Below the pieces are notes generated by a model that worked only from the letters and a program-made list of their open reading frames with translations, was not told where the DNA came from and searched no databases. From Parachlamydiales bacterium (GTDB taxonomy: Bacteria; Chlamydiota; Chlamydiia; Chlamydiales; JAJFMK01): a stretch of 64,000 nt of DNA. Within the stretch, counting starts at the first letter, position 1, and each line of letters begins with the position of its first letter. Both the position numbers and the translations under genes were made by a program. Positions 9,562 through 20,630 of the stretch are shown piece after piece. The DNA is taken from positions 96,001 to 160,000 of the forward strand of contig CAVXVG010000026.1 in the NCBI GenBank assembly GCA_963765145.1. Direction: 5' to 3'.

Positions 9562-10059
9562 ATGGCACTGCAATCTGTTACCGCTCAAACAACTTTTTTG
9601 GCGTTCGATGTTGTAAATCTCTACCAAGAGGTCAAATATTATTACTCAAGGGTTGAACAAGGTGCCACTCGAAATGAACAGCTGCTGGCCCAGGCAGCCA
9701 TTATCAATCGGCTGGTATTGCTCGGTTTTCCGGCGATAGTGGTCATCGGGATGTTAACCGGTAAAGACAATCGGTTTCTTGCATCTGTAAAAAGAATAGA
9801 GGTACTCTACTTAAGGCTGCAGATCCCTTTGCAGTTTATAAACCATGCCTATCAGTACGACTGCACATTTTACGGCAAATTGTGCGCCATCTTCAAAGGA
9901 GTACTAGTCCCAGCACTGGTTGTCGATCGAACAGAGACACAGTTAAGTGCTTTAAGACACCCTGAACTTATGGCAAACAGCGAGTATCTATCTGAAAGAT
10001 CGTACGCTTTGCAGATCGGAGTTGAAGCGGCAGGCGCCCTTCTCTCCCTTTACAGATAA
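9562..10059 (+). CDS. Hypothetical membrane protein
   Basis: 165-aa ORF with hydrophobic segments, lying between ribF and truB. Confidence 0.6.
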   Translation: MALQSVTAQTTFLAFDVVNLYQEVKYYYSRVEQGATRNEQLLAQAAIINRLVLLGFPAIVVIGMLTGKDNRFLASVKRIEVLYLRLQIPLQFINHAYQYDCTFYGKLCAIFKGVLVPALVVDRTETQLSALRHPELMANSEYLSERSYALQIGVEAAGALLSLYR

Positions 10060-10076
10060 GAAAGGGCTAACGCGTG

Positions 10077-10383
10077 AGCGTTTGGAGTGCTGAACGGCCT
10101 TGTTGCGTAATTGTTATCAACTTTTGGTTCTTCTTGCAGACTTACAGGCTGCCATCTTTATTTTCTACCGTTAACCTGGGGCGTTGCCCGCAGGCTGTTG
10201 CAACTATCCGGCTTTGGAGCCGGAAAATCTCTATACACGTTTTTACTGGCCTGAAAGGCTAAAACTGCAACAGCCCGCGGGCAACGCCCCGGTCCCGGAT
10301 GAAAATTTATTTGGCAGCCTGTAGGGCTGCCGGAAACTCAAAAGATCTCGAAGCAATTATGCAACAACGCAGTTTAGAACTCC
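10077..10383. repeat. ~300-bp multi-layer palindrome with family A-like outer arms and GC-rich REP-like core
   Basis: Arm pairs ggagtgctgaac/gtttagaactcc, ttgttgcgtaattg/caattatgcaacaa, cttacaggctgcca/tggcagcctgtagg, ggggcgttgcccgcaggctgttgca/tgcaacagcccgcgggcaacgcccc. Confidence 0.85.
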
Positions 10384-10430
10384 TCTAGTAACTCAGCTTT
10401 AATCAAAAACACCTTCCTCTTAGCGCCTTA

Positions 10431-10512
10431 GCGTCTTTGCGTTGAAAATGGTGAGCTTTAACCTATAAATATGCGTTGGTAAAAGCCAACTAAGTTTTCA
10501 ACGCAAAGACGC
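10431..10512. repeat. Inverted repeat with 18-bp perfect arms
   Basis: gcgtctttgcgttgaaaa ... ttttcaacgcaaagacgc. Confidence 0.8.
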
Positions 10513-10599
10513 GAGAGACTCGGAAGAAAAAAAGTGCTTCGCATGTTATTTCATGATCAGAGGGACGGAGTCTCTTCCTTGCTCCAAGCGCTTCGCTGA

Positions 10600-11258
10600 C
10601 TAATGAGGTAGGAAGGGGAGGGGAGCGTCTTGTAGCTGCTCTAGAGTATGAGCGTTTTCGATGAGGAAATCACCAGACTTGGTTCGTCTTAAATCGGACA
10701 AATGCGCAAAGCACGTTAGCTTGAGCCCGATGTCATGGGCAAGCGACCTGATATAAGTGCCTTTAGAACAGGCTACATCAAGTTTTAAATAGGGATAAAC
10801 GTACTCGATATTGGTGATATCCATCTCGACCTGCTGGGGAGGCCGTTCAATGGTAATACCGGCTCTAGCTAGATCGTACAGCTTTTTTCCTCCATCTTCT
10901 TGGCAGAAAACATTGGGGGAACTTGCAGTTGCTTTCCCTGGAAAGAAGCTACAGCGTTATGTACTTCCTCAAGTGTTGGGATGTAAGGGGATTGGTCGGT
11001 AGCAGTCCCTTCTTGATCATAAGTATTTGTAGCGCTTCCAAGGCAGATAACAGCTTGATAGGCTTTGTTCTTATTTAAGAAAGAGTCAGACTTACGGGTA
11101 AAATTTTTCCCTACTAACATGACCATGAGGCCTGAGGCGAGAGGATCTAGAGTTCCCGCATGGCCGACTTTTTTAACGTTGGTTTTTTTTCGGAGAATAG
11201 AGACAAGTTTAAAGGCGTTCATCCCTTTTGGCTTATCAATGAGTAGGATTCCCTCCAT
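10600..11258 (-). CDS. truB: tRNA pseudouridine-55 synthase, split by a 1-bp deletion near 10894
   Basis: KVGHAGTLDPLASG and QVPPMFSAKK, then in the other frame GGKKLYDLARAG and CSKGTYIRSLAHD. Confidence 0.92.
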
Positions 11259-11676
11259 CTTCTACCTCCTCTTCGTCGGTTTCTTCCTCTAGCTGTTCTT
11301 CTTCGTTCTGAACTTCTTTACTTTGCTCTTTTTCGTTTCGGATCTTAGTGAGGATCTCTTCGATTCGAGCTTGGTGAGAAGCTCCTTCGTCCAGAATGAA
11401 ATGGAGTTCAGGGAAGAAGCGGATGACGATCTTTTTAGAAGCCGCAACCGCAATAAAACCTCGGGCAGACTCTAAAGCACGTAAAGTCTCGCCCTTTTCT
11501 TGTTCTGTGCCCATGGCACTAACAAAAACCTTTGCATGTCGTAAGTCTTTTGTCGTTTCTACAGCTGTGATCGTCCAAATAGCCTTTAGGTGAGGGTTTT
11601 TGACGTCATTTCTAATGACCTCTGAAATCACCTCACGCAAAAGGGAATTGATTCTTTCAATCCGTCTAGTACTCAT
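11236..11676 (-). CDS. rbfA: Ribosome-binding factor A
   Basis: RRIERINSLLREVIS, DLRHAKVFVS, FFPELHF; between infB and truB. Confidence 0.95.
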   Translation of the reverse strand: MSTRRIERINSLLREVISEVIRNDVKNPHLKAIWTITAVETTKDLRHAKVFVSAMGTEQEKGETLRALESARGFIAVAASKKIVIRFFPELHFILDEGASHQARIEEILTKIRNEKEQSKEVQNEEEQLEEETDEEEVEDGGNPTH

Positions 11677-11683
11677 TGCAGTT

Positions 11684-14545
11684 TTAAAGCTCCTGAGTGA
11701 TGTAGACGATTTCAATGAACTCGATCACATCTTCTGGTTCAATGTCTGTAGTACCGTCTAAGACAATACCGCACTCAAAGCCTTTCTGCACTTCACGGAC
11801 ATCTTCTTTAAGACGTTTCAATGAAGCAAGGCCACCGCGCCAGATCTGTTGACCTTTACGCTTAAGGACAGCTTTGTAATTTCTATGAACGACGCCATCA
11901 GTGATCATGCAACCAGCAATGATACCCACATGTGAAGACTTGAATGTTTGAAGAACAGTAGCGCTTCCTTTCAAATTCTCTTGGGCCAGTTTTTCTAGCT
12001 GACCTGCCATGAGCACCTTCACATCGTCGATAGCGTGGTAGATCACATCGTGTATTCTGATCTCTACGCCCATCTCTTTTGCAAGATCTTCAGCATGCGA
12101 CTCAATCGAGTTGTGGAAGCCAATAACGACAGCTTTAGAAGCTGCAGCTAATTGAACGTCAGACTCTGAAATTTCTCCCACACCGGTGAATACGATGTCG
12201 ATATCGACCTTGGTAGAGGTGATTTTGAGTAAAGCAGCCTTTAATGCTTCCAAAGAGCCCTGTACGTCTGCACGGAGGACTAATCTTAGCATTTTCTTGC
12301 CGGCCCCACCTTGCTGTAGGAAGGAATCCATCGACCGTTTGTTTAAAAGCTGGCTTTTTGCTCTCTTCTCGATCGAACGTGTTTCGGCAATTTCACGTGC
12401 TTCTTTCTCATCTTTTACCACAATAAACTCATGGCCGGCTTGAGGGAGGCCAGAAAGTCCTGTGATCATTACAGGAGTAGATGGAGGAGCCTCTAATAAC
12501 TCTTTGCCCAACTCATCTTTCATCGTCTTGATACGGGCCCATTCTGTGTCAAAGACAACAGCATCACCTTTTTTCAATGTTCCGTTTTGGACCAAAATAG
12601 TCGCTACAATACCCATACCTTTATGCATTTCAGATTCAATGACTGAACCTCTGGCACGTGTATGAGGGTTGGCTTTTAATTCCAAAACTTCAGCTTGCAG
12701 GGCAAGCATTTCTAGAAGTTGAGGAATACCGGCACCGGTGACAGCAGAGCAATTCACAGTAATGGTTTGACCACCCCATGCTTCTGGTAAAAGGTTGTTC
12801 TCAGCTAATTGACGATAGACATTTTCAGCATTGAAGTTTGGCTTATCAGATTTGTTGATCGCAACCACAATGGTGACGCCGGCACTTTTTGCGTGTTGCA
12901 ACGCTTCAAGTGTCTGCAGTTTCATCCCTTCATCACCGGCTACTACTAGAACAACGATGTCGGTTACTTCTGCACCACGCGCTCTCATCGCTGAGAAGGC
13001 TTCGTGGCCAGGAGTATCTAAAACAGTAATCTCACCAACGGCTGTCTTACACTTAAAGGCACCGATATGTTGAGTAATAGCGCCTGCTTCTTGACTAACT
13101 CGATTGGTTTTTCTGATATAGTCGATCAAGCTTGTTTTACCATGGTCAACGTGACCCATGAAAGTGACAACAGGTGGTCTTAAAATTAGCTGTTCACTTG
13201 GCTGATTTTTAACTTCATCTCGAATGGAGCTGCTAGTGATCCGAATCCTTTGCTCTTCTGAAGTGTCAATGGTGACCTCGCAGCCGAATTCATTACCCAA
13301 AAATTGAAGGGTTGTTTCGTCATCTAACATGTCGTTTAGTGTAACGACAGTCCCTTGTAAGAAAAGTTTTGCAATTAGCTCAGAGGCTTTTAACTTTAGT
13401 TCGCTTGCAAAATCTTTAATCGAAATTGGTGGTCTGATTTTTAAAGAAGTAGGTTTTACTGTTTGTGCATCATCGCGCGGTGAAAACTTCGATTTTGGTT
13501 TTCTGCGACGACGTGCTTCACCATCACCACTATCTCGTAAACCTTGTCTATCTCTAGAGTCGAAAGAAGAACTAACTGTTGTTAAGGTTTTCTTTACAGG
13601 TTTAAAGTCTTTAAAATCTTTTGATTTAGCTGGACGGAGGTTGGCTTTTTTAGCGTCAGCTGTGTCTGCTGCTGGTGGTCCAACTCTTCTAGGTTTTGTT
13701 TTGTCACTAGAAGCAGCTGCAGAAGTTGTTGTTGGCGGTCTGCGTGGAGGTTCCGGTTTAACAAAATCGCTTATATGCCTTCCAGTTGGTCCTAAACGCT
13801 CTTTCTGCGAAGCTTGCAACTTGGCAAGACCTTCAGGAGAGGCTTTCTTTTGAACTGAAAATGGGCTGACATATTCTTTGTGCTGTTTAAAAGGAGGTCT
13901 TGTTCCCGGTACCGGACCTGTAGATGCCGGTCTTGACTCTCGCGGCTCACGTGGAGGAAACGTAGAGGGCGCACTTGTTCTTGAGTCACCTCCATATTTA
14001 GAATCTCCATCTCTTCTAGCTGGTCTGAAGAGAGGGGCTCTTGGGGGAGGAGTCGAAGGTTTTGCCATTTCTCTTGGAGGTTGCGCAGGTGGAGGGGAGA
14101 CAATGGCAGGCTTTTCTTCCGGCTCTTCTACTAGTTTAGGAGTAGGAGTTTCTTCGATCGGAGCAAATTTTTCTTCCGCAATTTCTAACGGAGTTTTAGC
14201 AACCGTTAGAGCTGGAGTTGGGGTTGCAACTTCTTCTTCTTTCTCTTTTGCCGAATCTTCTGCTGCAGGTTTTGTACCGCCAGCAAAAGCTGAGCGAGAA
14301 CGAGCCTTCACTTTAGGGGCTTCCGCTGCCTCTTCAGTTAATGCATGATGCCCAGGATGGGTTAAAGTTTCTGCGAGAGGCTCTGGCTTGACTTGTGTTT
14401 CTGAAGGCTCAGCGGAAGGGGGAGGAACTTCGGTTTCCTCACTCTTCTTCTCTTTTTTCAGAGCGATCTTTTTTTTCAGATCCCCAAGATGTATCGCTTC
14501 GGCTAGCTGAGCGTTCTTTATGTTTATTTTGAATTGTTTAGTCAA
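11684..14545 (-). CDS. infB: Translation initiation factor IF-2
   Basis: [32 protein letters not shown]. Confidence 0.98.
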   Translation of the reverse strand: MTKQFKINIKNAQLAEAIHLGDLKKKIALKKEKKSEETEVPPPSAEPSETQVKPEPLAETLTHPGHHALTEEAAEAPKVKARSRSAFAGGTKPAAEDSAKEKEEEVATPTPALTVAKTPLEIAEEKFAPIEETPTPKLVEEPEEKPAIVSPPPAQPPREMAKPSTPPPRAPLFRPARRDGDSKYGGDSRTSAPSTFPPREPRESRPASTGPVPGTRPPFKQHKEYVSPFSVQKKASPEGLAKLQASQKERLGPTGRHISDFVKPEPPRRPPTTTSAAASSDKTKPRRVGPPAADTADAKKANLRPAKSKDFKDFKPVKKTLTTVSSSFDSRDRQGLRDSGDGEARRRRKPKSKFSPRDDAQTVKPTSLKIRPPISIKDFASELKLKASELIAKLFLQGTVVTLNDMLDDETTLQFLGNEFGCEVTIDTSEEQRIRITSSSIRDEVKNQPSEQLILRPPVVTFMGHVDHGKTSLIDYIRKTNRVSQEAGAITQHIGAFKCKTAVGEITVLDTPGHEAFSAMRARGAEVTDIVVLVVAGDEGMKLQTLEALQHAKSAGVTIVVAINKSDKPNFNAENVYRQLAENNLLPEAWGGQTITVNCSAVTGAGIPQLLEMLALQAEVLELKANPHTRARGSVIESEMHKGMGIVATILVQNGTLKKGDAVVFDTEWARIKTMKDELGKELLEAPPSTPVMITGLSGLPQAGHEFIVVKDEKEAREIAETRSIEKRAKSQLLNKRSMDSFLQQGGAGKKMLRLVLRADVQGSLEALKAALLKITSTKVDIDIVFTGVGEISESDVQLAAASKAVVIGFHNSIESHAEDLAKEMGVEIRIHDVIYHAIDDVKVLMAGQLEKLAQENLKGSATVLQTFKSSHVGIIAGCMITDGVVHRNYKAVLKRKGQQIWRGGLASLKRLKEDVREVQKGFECGIVLDGTTDIEPEDVIEFIEIVYITQEL

Positions 14546-15828
14546 GTGAGGCTTTCCCCTGTTTTTTGACTGAGTCTATAATTTTTTCAGCACTTTCCAG
14601 GCTAATTCCTGGGACTTTTGAAAGCAGTTGAGGTGTTGTCATGAGCAGATCTTTGAATTTCTCAAACCCATGTTCCTTCAGCTGGTCTACAATCATTTGA
14701 TTGACCCCTTCAATCGCTTCAATAGGTTTGTCCAAATGGCCTTCAGAAAGAGATGAGAGATAGGCACTTTGCTCTTGAACTTGTGATAGATTGTAATCGG
14801 TCATCCCATGCACTTCAAGTGTATAACCAATTAAATCACCATTTAACCGTTGATTGGAGTGACGTTTGCCGACAACTGTGGCAAATTGATCGTCATCAAC
14901 AACGATAGAAATGACACGGTCTTCATCCGACACATTGATTTTACGGATTTCGATAGGGGAGAGAGCATTTTGCAATAGCTCGATCGCATCTTGAGAGAAA
15001 GGAATAATGTCGATTTTTTCATTGTTCAGTTCTCGAACAACGTTCTTAACTCTCATTCCGCGCATACCAACACAAGCACCGACAGGGTCGATTTTTGGGT
15101 CGTTCGACCGGACGGCTAATTTAGTACGGTATCCTGCATCTCTGACAATACGTTCGACGATGATTTGTCCATCATGAATTTCTGGGACTTCTCTATCGAA
15201 AAGTTTGACGGACAAATTCTGGGTCGCTTCTTGAGAGGACGACTTGTGCCCCGCCATTTTCTGTATCTTCTACGTGCGAAAGGAGCGCCATGACTTTATC
15301 GCCAACATGCCATTTTTCGGTCTTAGGGTAGTTTCTCATCGGCAAGATGGCTTCTACTTTTCCTAAGTCGACGATGAGGTTTGCCCCTTTAACAAATCGT
15401 TTAACAGTGCCTGAAACAATTTCATTGATTCTGTGACGATATTCTTCGTAAATCACATCTCTTTCGGCACTGCGCAGTTTTTGCGAGATGACACTTCTGG
15501 CTTTCTGAGCAGCGATACGGCCGAAGTCTTTTGGGGTAACTAATATATCAATAAATTGTCCAAGTTCTGCGTCGGGGTCGATTTCTTTTGCAGCAGTGAT
15601 CGATATTTCTTGGGCAGAGACTTCTACGGCATCAACGATTTCCTTTTCAGAAAAAACATCGATATCCCCAGTCTTTGGATTAATTTTCACGGTAACGTTA
15701 GAGGCGCCGTGGACGCTTTTCATAGCAGCAGCTTCAAGAGATTCTTGGATGGCAGCCAACACAATCTCCCGTTTGATCCCTTTTTCTCTTTCGAGATACT
15801 CAAAGATGGCTATTAGATCTTTATTCAT
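14538..15828 (-). CDS. nusA: Transcription factor NusA, split by a 1-bp insertion near 15205
   Basis: FGRIAAQKA and S1 domain in the first ORF; EVPEI, RDAGYRTK, DPVGACVGMRG in the second. Confidence 0.95.
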
Positions 15829-15915
15829 GAAGCACCGAAATTATTATTAATTTTTGGCCTCTTCCACAAGAGAAGAGGCCTGTTGTATCAAGCAGTGGAC
15901 TAAAGGTAAGTGAGA

Positions 15916-17673
15916 CTATCCTTCAGAGTCAGTAGACTCTTCTTCAGGCTCATCTTCACCTTTCTCTTTTTTCTTTTTCTCACCTTTTTTCTTCGGTTTT
16001 ACAACGATATCGTCGTAGTTAGAAGGGCCTTTTTGAGAAGCTGCTTCTTTGATGGAAAGGGAGATTTTTTTGTGCTCGGGGTCAATTTTGATCACTTTTG
16101 CTGTGACTTCTGTCCCTTTTTCAACAACATCTTCGACTTTGCCGAAAGCTTGATCAGAAAGTTCTGTCACGTGGATCAGCCCTTCGATTCCGCCGTCTAG
16201 TTCAACAAATGCCCCAAAGGCTGTGATTTTTGTCACAACACCATGAACAATTGAACCAACAGGCAGTTTTTTCTCGATAGAGTGCCATGGATTGTCAGCT
16301 AGTTGCTTAATTCCCAACGTGATTTTCTTGCTTTCAGTGTCAACAGACAAGACGCAAGCATCTACGATGTCACCTTTATTGAAAATTTCTGAAGGGTGTG
16401 AAACTTTTTTGATCCAGCTGATGTCAGAAATGTGAATTAGACCTTCAACACCTGGCTCAAGTTCAACAAAAGCACCGTAGTTGGTTAGACTTTTGATTTC
16501 AGCTTTTACGTTAGTGCCTGGGGCGTATTTATTTGCAACGCTATCCCAAGGGTTGTGTTCTGTTTGTTTGATACCTAAAGAAATTTTCCCTTCATCTTTC
16601 TGGATTGAAAGAACGATGGCGTCAACTTCATCACCTTTTTGGACTACTTCGCTTGGGTCTGTTACGTTTTTAACCCATGACATTTCGGAAACGTGGATCA
16701 GGCCTTCGATGCCAGGCTCTAATTCAATGAAAGCGCCGTATGGAAGAAGGTTGACAATTTTACCATGGACAAGGGTGCCTGGAGGATATTTTTCCTCGAT
16801 GTGCTCCCATGGATTGGCCTCTTTTTGTTTCAAGCCAAGAGCAACACGCCCTTTGTCTTTATCAATTGAGAGGATGACAACTTCGAGTTCGTCGCCCACA
16901 TTGACCATTTCAGAAGGGTGTTTAATCCTTTTCCAGGTCATATCGGTAATGTGGAGGAGACCATCAATACCATCTAGATCAAGGAATACACCAAAGTCTG
17001 TGATGTTTTTAGCTACACCGATACGAACTTCACCCACTTCAATGGTTTCTAAAAGTTCGGTCTTCTTGGTCATTCTTTCAGCTTCAAGAAGTTCGCGGCG
17101 TGAAACGACGACGTTTTTCCTGTCGGCATTGATCTTCAGAATTTTGAATTCGTAGGTATGACCGATGTATTCGTCTAGGTTTTTAATCCGTTTGTTGTCG
17201 ATTTGGGAACCAGGCAAGAAAGCCTCCATTCCGATATCGACCATGAGTCCACCCTTGACTTTGCGGAGGACTTTACCTTTTACGATAGAACCTTCAACGC
17301 AATGCTCGAGTATGAATTCCCACTGTCTTTGTCTTTCTGCTTTTTCGCGTGAAAGAACGATTTGTCCATGTTCATCTTCTGGTTGGTCTAGGTAAACTTC
17401 AATCTCGCCATCGAGTTCGACCACAGATGGGTCTGAAAATTCTTCGATAGGTACCAAACCTTCTGACTTCAAACCGACATCGACGACCACGTGGTCTTTT
17501 GTGATTTCAACGATACGCCCTTTTAGCAGGGTTCCAGGAGAGGGGGTGTTATGATCGACATCCACAGAATTGCTTTGGCCCATAAAGGCTAAGAATTGGT
17601 CTCTGTCTTTTTGAAGAAACTGTGAGTCGTCGAGAATGTTGCTCTCTTGAGATTTTTTAGAATGTTTGGACAT
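15916..17673 (-). CDS. rpsA: 30S ribosomal protein S1
   Basis: Six S1 repeats ([22 protein letters not shown]). Confidence 0.98.
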   Translation of the reverse strand: MSKHSKKSQESNILDDSQFLQKDRDQFLAFMGQSNSVDVDHNTPSPGTLLKGRIVEITKDHVVVDVGLKSEGLVPIEEFSDPSVVELDGEIEVYLDQPEDEHGQIVLSREKAERQRQWEFILEHCVEGSIVKGKVLRKVKGGLMVDIGMEAFLPGSQIDNKRIKNLDEYIGHTYEFKILKINADRKNVVVSRRELLEAERMTKKTELLETIEVGEVRIGVAKNITDFGVFLDLDGIDGLLHITDMTWKRIKHPSEMVNVGDELEVVILSIDKDKGRVALGLKQKEANPWEHIEEKYPPGTLVHGKIVNLLPYGAFIELEPGIEGLIHVSEMSWVKNVTDPSEVVQKGDEVDAIVLSIQKDEGKISLGIKQTEHNPWDSVANKYAPGTNVKAEIKSLTNYGAFVELEPGVEGLIHISDISWIKKVSHPSEIFNKGDIVDACVLSVDTESKKITLGIKQLADNPWHSIEKKLPVGSIVHGVVTKITAFGAFVELDGGIEGLIHVTELSDQAFGKVEDVVEKGTEVTAKVIKIDPEHKKISLSIKEAASQKGPSNYDDIVVKPKKKGEKKKKEKGEDEPEEESTDSEG

Positions 17674-17700
17674 TGGATAGTGTGTTTAAAGTTTTACCTC

Positions 17701-17864
17701 TTCCCGCGGAAGGACCCATTTCTTCAAAAAATGAAGACGACATGACACCGTACTAGATCAGAATCGGATGAAACCGCTATAAAGGTATCACCTCGATTTT
17801 CCCAGGTATGTTCAAGGGGATTCGACCAGTAAGGAGTGAACCAAAAATTTTGGCTACACGGGAA
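17701..17864 (-). ncRNA. Candidate structured RNA or rpsA leader
   Basis: Hand-folded closing stem UUCCCGUG/CGCGGGAA plus internal stems; G-U pairs favour the minus strand. Confidence 0.4.
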
Positions 17865-17877
17865 ATAGTTTATCAGG

Positions 17878-18669
17878 GTGAATAAAATTAAGCAACGGAC
17901 ACTCGTTATGAAATTCGGGGGAGCAGCGCTCTCTGCACCCGAACGTTTTCAAGAGGTAGCAGCTCTTGTTTTAGAAAAGCAAAAAATTTACGAGCGGATC
18001 GTCATTGTGGTCAGCGCAATGGGCAAAATGACCGATGAATTGATCGAGCTTGCAAAGAAGGTTCACCCCTCTCCACCGAAGAGAGAATATGACATGATGA
18101 TCACAGTCGGCGAGCGGATCAGCATGTCGCTGCTAGCCATGGCCCTTTCTCTAAAAGGGTGCGAAGCAGTTAGCTTTACCGGAAGCCAATCCGGAATCAT
18201 CACTTGTTGCAACCATTCCGAAGCAAAAATTTTGGATATTAGACCCAAAAGAATTTTAGAAAACTTGGATCAAGGGAAAGTTGTGATTGTTGCAGGTTTT
18301 CAAGGAGTCAGCTCTAAAGGAGAAATTACCACGCTTGGCAGAGGGGGCTCTGACACTTCCGCTGTTGCATTGGGCGTAGCATTAGACGCCGACTTAATCG
18401 AGTTCTATAAGGATGTGAAAGGAATATACGAGTCAGATCCAAAGGCTTGTCCCGATGCCCAACATTTTATGGATTTAGATTACGACAAAGCCCTACAAAT
18501 TGTACGTGGTGGGGCCAAAGTTTTGCATGAGAGGTCTCTTCTTTTGGCAAAGAGCAACGGAATGCCGCTTTATGTTAGAAGTTTTCTTTCTGAAGAAGGC
18601 GGTACCCGTATCGCTGAAAAAGAAAAGGCAAGAGGCGATAAAATGTTTGAAAAAGAGGTTGCGGTTTGA
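17878..18669 (+). CDS. lysC: Aspartate kinase, catalytic domain only
   Basis: VMKFGG, VVSAMG, VAGFQG, TTLGRGGSDTSA; no ACT domains. Confidence 0.9.
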   Translation: MNKIKQRTLVMKFGGAALSAPERFQEVAALVLEKQKIYERIVIVVSAMGKMTDELIELAKKVHPSPPKREYDMMITVGERISMSLLAMALSLKGCEAVSFTGSQSGIITCCNHSEAKILDIRPKRILENLDQGKVVIVAGFQGVSSKGEITTLGRGGSDTSAVALGVALDADLIEFYKDVKGIYESDPKACPDAQHFMDLDYDKALQIVRGGAKVLHERSLLLAKSNGMPLYVRSFLSEEGGTRIAEKEKARGDKMFEKEVAV

Positions 18670-20483
18670 ACATTGAGTTTCCGTTTTCCTTTAGCGAAGA
18701 CCATCTCTGGTTTTTAAGAAAAAAAATCGAGAGCGTTCTTTCAAAATCGGATGAGCTCATCAAAGAACTTCCCATCATTTCAGCAGAAATTGGAGGGAAT
18801 GACCCTCCAACATTAGTGATTTCATTACTATCTAATGAAAGGGTTCAGCTATTTAAATTTTTTTACGACATTCTTTGCAATTGGTTGCTTCCTTATCAAA
18901 CAATAGGCGCTCCGCTCCTTTTTACAGTCGATTTTGCAGTGCCAGATTTAAACTTAAAGCTAACATTTTGTGAGATGGTGGCCAGTTTTGAATCTATCGA
19001 GGCAAGGGAAGAGGCTTTAAAAAATTTATCTTATTTAAAAGGACAAATCGCTCTTGGAGCCGGATCTTCCTGGTTTGCCCGTAAATTACTCGAAACAAAT
19101 GGCATTTCTCTCGACCAGAAAAGTGTCACCATCAATGGTTATGTCCACCAAATCATCAAAAGGTTTCCGGAACAATTTGATGTGACCTTTTTTCAGGAAA
19201 TAAATTATGCCCTCATGGGGATGTCAGACTCTTTTAAAGAGGTAAGAGTAGCTCCTCATTTAATCCGGCTTGTTGTTGTCAGTTACCTTTTTAAAAAGCA
19301 GATAGAGGAAGAGGTCGCTGGAACAAAAGATAAGCGTGTTTTGAAGGTCAATCTTTTCCATGTTAAACTTGGAGCAAAAGATAAGAAAAAACCTGTTTTA
19401 GCAGTGGCTGTAGGGGTGAATTTTTTAGATTCCAGAGAGTTTTTGGAAGAAAGGCATCTGTTAAAGGCGATCCAATATTATTTGCCGCAGGCAAGGCTAG
19501 TTCCAGGCTCTTTTTTCACCTCTCGTAAAGAAGCTTCAAGGTCTCAGTTTTTATATTTAGAGGTTGAAAAGACCTGTAACGATGCATTTTCCCCAGCTGA
19601 TTTGAGTCTTTTGAGAAAAGAGCTTCCTTCAGACTTAAACGACCGGGTAGAAAAATTGATTCCTCCTGTTTTTATGCCCAAAAATGAAGAGGAAATGATG
19701 AGGAATATGCTGCAGGTGGCAGCAGAAGTGCGTCATGTCAGCGATCCGCCCCATGCCCTTGTATCTTTCCAAGAGCAGACACAAGAAGAGCTCCTTTTTG
19801 ATGTATTAATTGCCAAGGTTTCAGGCTCAAAAGGGCGTTCTTTTTACGATATTTTTGAGGAGGAGGCCCCAATGGTTAGCTTCAAAATCGAAACGATCAA
19901 AAAAATGGGCGTCGTAAAAAACAGGTTTCCAAAAGAGGTCTGTTATTTAAAGGCAAGGCTTCCAAAAGAGCAATTTCTTCGCAAGGACCTGTCGGTCGAT
20001 CTCTACAAAGCCAGGGGCCGCTTGGTGAAAGAGTTGAAGCTTGTTTTAGGCAATTTCCGTGACTTAAACGGCGGTATGATGGCTAAAGAAAAGGAACTGA
20101 TGCAAGAGATCGTCAATTTGATCGGTTCCGAAGAGACTCGGGATGATTTTCTTCTCGAAAACTTCTATTTTTCTCTGCAGCCGATCCGGATGAGAACTTT
20201 GGTCGACCCAAGACACATGGTTTGCCTCTATAAAGGGATGACAGAGTCTTTAAAATTAGGGGTGGTAGGCTTCAAAGTGTTGGAAGAAAACCCCCTTATT
20301 GCCGTTTTGCACCAAGAAGTGGGAGGCAAAGATGTCCAAAGCATCCTGAATACTCTTGGTTTCTCGCCCCAAGAGTGCCTCAGCGCCTCATTGAAAAAAG
20401 ACAACTTTGAAGCGGTCGGCCTCTTTATAGAAAACGTCAAATGTGAAAAGAAAACCGCCCTCCTCAAAAACCTAAAAGCTTAA
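18666..20483 (+). CDS. Hypothetical protein coupled to the aspartokinase gene
   Basis: 605 aa; 4-bp TTGA overlap with the lysC stop; motifs PVFMPKNEEE and FRDLNGGM. Confidence 0.8.
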   Translation: MNIEFPFSFSEDHLWFLRKKIESVLSKSDELIKELPIISAEIGGNDPPTLVISLLSNERVQLFKFFYDILCNWLLPYQTIGAPLLFTVDFAVPDLNLKLTFCEMVASFESIEAREEALKNLSYLKGQIALGAGSSWFARKLLETNGISLDQKSVTINGYVHQIIKRFPEQFDVTFFQEINYALMGMSDSFKEVRVAPHLIRLVVVSYLFKKQIEEEVAGTKDKRVLKVNLFHVKLGAKDKKKPVLAVAVGVNFLDSREFLEERHLLKAIQYYLPQARLVPGSFFTSRKEASRSQFLYLEVEKTCNDAFSPADLSLLRKELPSDLNDRVEKLIPPVFMPKNEEEMMRNMLQVAAEVRHVSDPPHALVSFQEQTQEELLFDVLIAKVSGSKGRSFYDIFEEEAPMVSFKIETIKKMGVVKNRFPKEVCYLKARLPKEQFLRKDLSVDLYKARGRLVKELKLVLGNFRDLNGGMMAKEKELMQEIVNLIGSEETRDDFLLENFYFSLQPIRMRTLVDPRHMVCLYKGMTESLKLGVVGFKVLEENPLIAVLHQEVGGKDVQSILNTLGFSPQECLSASLKKDNFEAVGLFIENVKCEKKTALLKNLKA

Positions 20484-20495
20484 TTCCGCCAATAA

Positions 20496-20629
20496 CCCTT
20501 GCCCCTCCCCGTGCCCTTGCCCTTGCCCGATTTTTTTTAAGCAGGAAGTTTTTGCATTGTTGTTAAAACAGAAATGGGATTAATGATTTTTAGGGCAAGG
20601 GCAAGGGCAAGGGCAAGGGCAAGGGCAAG
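20496..20629. repeat. Inverted hexamer arrays (CCCTTG)n ... (GGGCAA)6
   Basis: Seen directly, between convergent genes. Confidence 0.9.
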
Positions 20630-20630
20630 T

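Noticed and set aside
15856..15880. Hairpin between rpsA and nusA as an intrinsic terminator
   Set aside because: On the transcribed minus strand it is followed by A residues, not a U-tract
13329..17395. Long plus-strand ORFs opposite infB, nusA and rpsA
   Set aside because: Antisense shadows of conserved genes
17701..17877. Lysine riboswitch upstream of lysC
   Set aside because: I could not find the conserved lysine riboswitch core motifs, and the pairing favours the opposite strand
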